Below are positions 61,377 through 64,000 of a stretch of 64,000 nucleotides of DNA, in pieces. The notes beneath the pieces are model-generated. The model saw only the letters and a list, made by a program, of their open reading frames with translations. It ran no database searches and was not told where the DNA came from. Each line of letters opens with the position of its first letter. The first letter of the stretch is position 1. The DNA comes from Cenococcum geophilum (taxonomy: Eukaryota), in assembly GCA_050273025.1 (NCBI GenBank), contig CP158636.1:9982001-10046000 (forward strand). Direction: 5' to 3'. Position numbers and translations under genes: made by a program.

Positions 61377-64000
61377 TGTTGGACTCACAAGGGGATATTA
61401 CGTAGCTACGGTTCGTAGATAGTATGATGTTTATTTGTTGATTGTATATTTTCTTCCATCAGGAAGGGCGAAGAGCTTAAGGCTCCTCGCCACGCTAGCG
61501 CCGCGGCGATACGTGACGGCAACTTACCCTACATGACGGCAATTTGCCTTACATGGCGGCAATTTGCCCTATTCCCAATACTAGCAACTCTTCTTTTTGT
61601 AGTTGCTATCTATAGACACTTATAGATTGCTATTATATAAAGGTACAAAGCTAAGGAAAGGAAGAAGAAGAAGAAGGGCGTTAGGGGTTAACGTAAAGAC
61701 GAGTGGGCCGCCAAGGCGCTAGTCGTAAGCGAGCCAATAGCGATTTTCTATCCCGGGGATAGAAAATCCTAATTGGCTGTTTAGAATTAGGGTCTATAGA
61801 ATCCTTCTACTCCCTTTTAACCTAACCTTTAACTCGTACATGTAGAGTATTTATGTTAACGAACGTCTCTAGTGCCTTATTTAGGTTTGCCTTTGTTATT
61901 ACATCTACTAGGTTATCTTGGCCATTAATCTATTAAATCTTAAAGAGTTTTTAACGCTCGTAGGATTACTAAAGGGCTATAATATCGATTATAAGACGCT
62001 TCTCCTTTATAGTACTAAGCTTAACTAAATACTTATAGAGGGAATATAAGTTAGTGCATACGATTATAGGAATAGCGGGAAGTTTAAGCCGATCTGTAAT
62101 TATCTTAAGGGTAGTTCTAATTATAATTGCTATATTAACTCCGCTAACTATTCTATATATCTCTAATGCTAGAACGCTTTAAGTAATATACTTACTCTTA
62201 GTTAAGCTCTAATAGATAAGATTACTATAGATTATAAAGTTATTCTCTTCGGTAGATTTGTTTGTAATAATAATTTTATATTCTAGCTAGAAGCTAAAAT
62301 CTTTATTATTTATAAACGACCTATTAATAAATACAAAGAGCTTAGCGGCGGGAAGATTAATAGACATATAGAGTAGTCCCCAATTAAGATAGGTTATTTG
62401 CCAGGAAAGGCGCTTATTTAGGGCAAGGACGTCCTCCTTAGTTAGTTCCTAGTATTAAGCGGCAATAAAGAGATTAAAGGAAGCCTTAGGCTAATAGATA
62501 GAAGTAATATAAGCTCTATAAGCGCGTTACTCTACATATCCTTACTTTAGGGAATTAATATTAATAACATCAATCTTCTTGCCTTAACCCTTCTAGCGTA
62601 AAGCAATAGAGTCCTTATTTAGGGAAAGGATACATCCATTAAAGAGCAATGGCGTTATTATATTAAGTCTTTCCTTTAGCTTTACTATAAGATTTGCCTT
62701 TACTAGCTTATCTTCCTTAAGAGCTAAGAATTAATTGTCTTCTAAAATAATTATATCGTCGGTTTATATACCAATAATTCCAAATAGAGTTCCTATAGTT
62801 ATAATAAGGAAGTAGGGATTAAATATAAAGGTAGTTATTAGAAGCTTCTCTTTATGGTGCTTGCTATAGGTAGCCTACTAATAAGTTCCTACCTCTGCAA
62901 TTCTATATAGTGGCTTAAGCACAACCATAATTATATCTTTAGGATATTGGTGGCGAATTTACTCTAGAAGATATGCCAGTATTAAGCGCTAAAGGCGCGT
63001 CTCTAATTGGGTATAGGCCTAAGTAATATCTCGCAAATAAACTGCTATTCCGTTCTTTATTAAGGAGGAAGCTAGTGCAATAATAACTCGCTAACTAGCT
63101 CGTTAAATCATAGGGGATTACGTAAGAATCGTCTCCTTACCGTTATTATTATAGCCTTAGATAATAAGCCTTAATTTCTTAAATAGGGCATTAGTAGCCT
63201 TACCCTTAATCTCGTTAACTATTCTTAACTTAAAGATACAAATTCTATCGAACTTAGTAGGGTCATACTTCTTAAATTTAAAGACTCCTCTTATAATAAG
63301 ACTGTCGATTTCCTGCTTATTAGATACTTAGAAAGGAGCTTTTAGAGTTATAATACGACCTTCCTTTTAGAGCTGTTTTGCGAGCTTAAAGTTAGCCTTC
63401 TCTTTAGCTATTATAAAGGCCATTAATAACTCAACTTTACTCTCTATAGCAGCAATAAATTGCTCTTCAAAATTAATAAGATGTTGGCGATTTCGTGATC
63501 CCTTTGGGCGACCTCTACCGCGTCGTGGTTGCGGCACGTCTACTACAATTGTATTAGGATCACAGTCGCCTTCTAGGGCACGTTAATTGTGGTTCTTCTC
63601 TAGGGCATCTTTTAGGGCATCTTCTAGGGTATCCTGCAAAGGCTCGGAACTGTTATCTTTATAGTAGGGCCTAATAACGGTTAAACGGAATTAAGTAGGT
63701 CTATAGGGCATCTAAAGAGTATAAGTTTAACTATTAATTATAATGATTTTATATAGGCCTAACTATCCTCCCTTTTTACGCCATACCCGTACTTTAGATT
63801 AGAGTAGTAGATTAAGCATAGTTAAGGTATTTAGGCCATTTCTTATTCCTAGTGCGTTATTAACCTAGCGCGTAGCGTATAGATGTCGTACCTCCTTTAT
63901 TACTTTGCGAATAGCCTCAGCTTATTACACAATAGAAGGAGATAGTAGAGAATTGTTAGTTATTTAAGGGTAGGCGCTAAAGACTAGCAATATAGGTATA
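61377..64000 (-). mobile_element. Copia-type family E copy 2 (3' LTR 61377-61580, RNase H, RT); continues beyond the window
   Basis: Reverse complement of ~38260-40700; ACC GAC GAT (TDD) codons are retained at ~62755-62763; the LTR has diverged from copy 1. Confidence 0.9.

Overview
Filamentous ascomycete (fungal) genomic DNA. About 89% of the window is AT-rich transposon sequence with the signature of repeat-induced point mutation (RIP): many TpA dinucleotides, and reading frames broken by TAA/TAG at CAA/CAG/TGG positions. Two nested TE clusters (1-43958 and 51013-64000) flank a small island of normal base composition (~44140-50900). The island holds a 5'-truncated, frameshifted GMC-oxidoreductase remnant and two intact convergent genes: a chromodomain protein (+) and a Zn2Cys6 transcription factor (-). 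The TEs resolve by LTRs and TSDs into four Ty3/Gypsy families (my labels A-D), three Ty1/Copia families (E-G), a Tad1-like LINE 3' end, an ORF1-only non-LTR element, a Fot1/Pogo-type MITE, and two non-coding CAT...ATG TIR elements with 2-bp TSDs. The least expected observations are: an antisense, intron-containing Zn2Cys6-like gene inside Gypsy family D (two copies); the ORF1-only retroelement with complementary ends; the CAT...ATG elements, which share a core but have different arms; and cis-motifs shared between unrelated Gypsy, Copia and LINE families. All calls were made by eye without database searches, and 'de-RIPed' translations are reconstructions.
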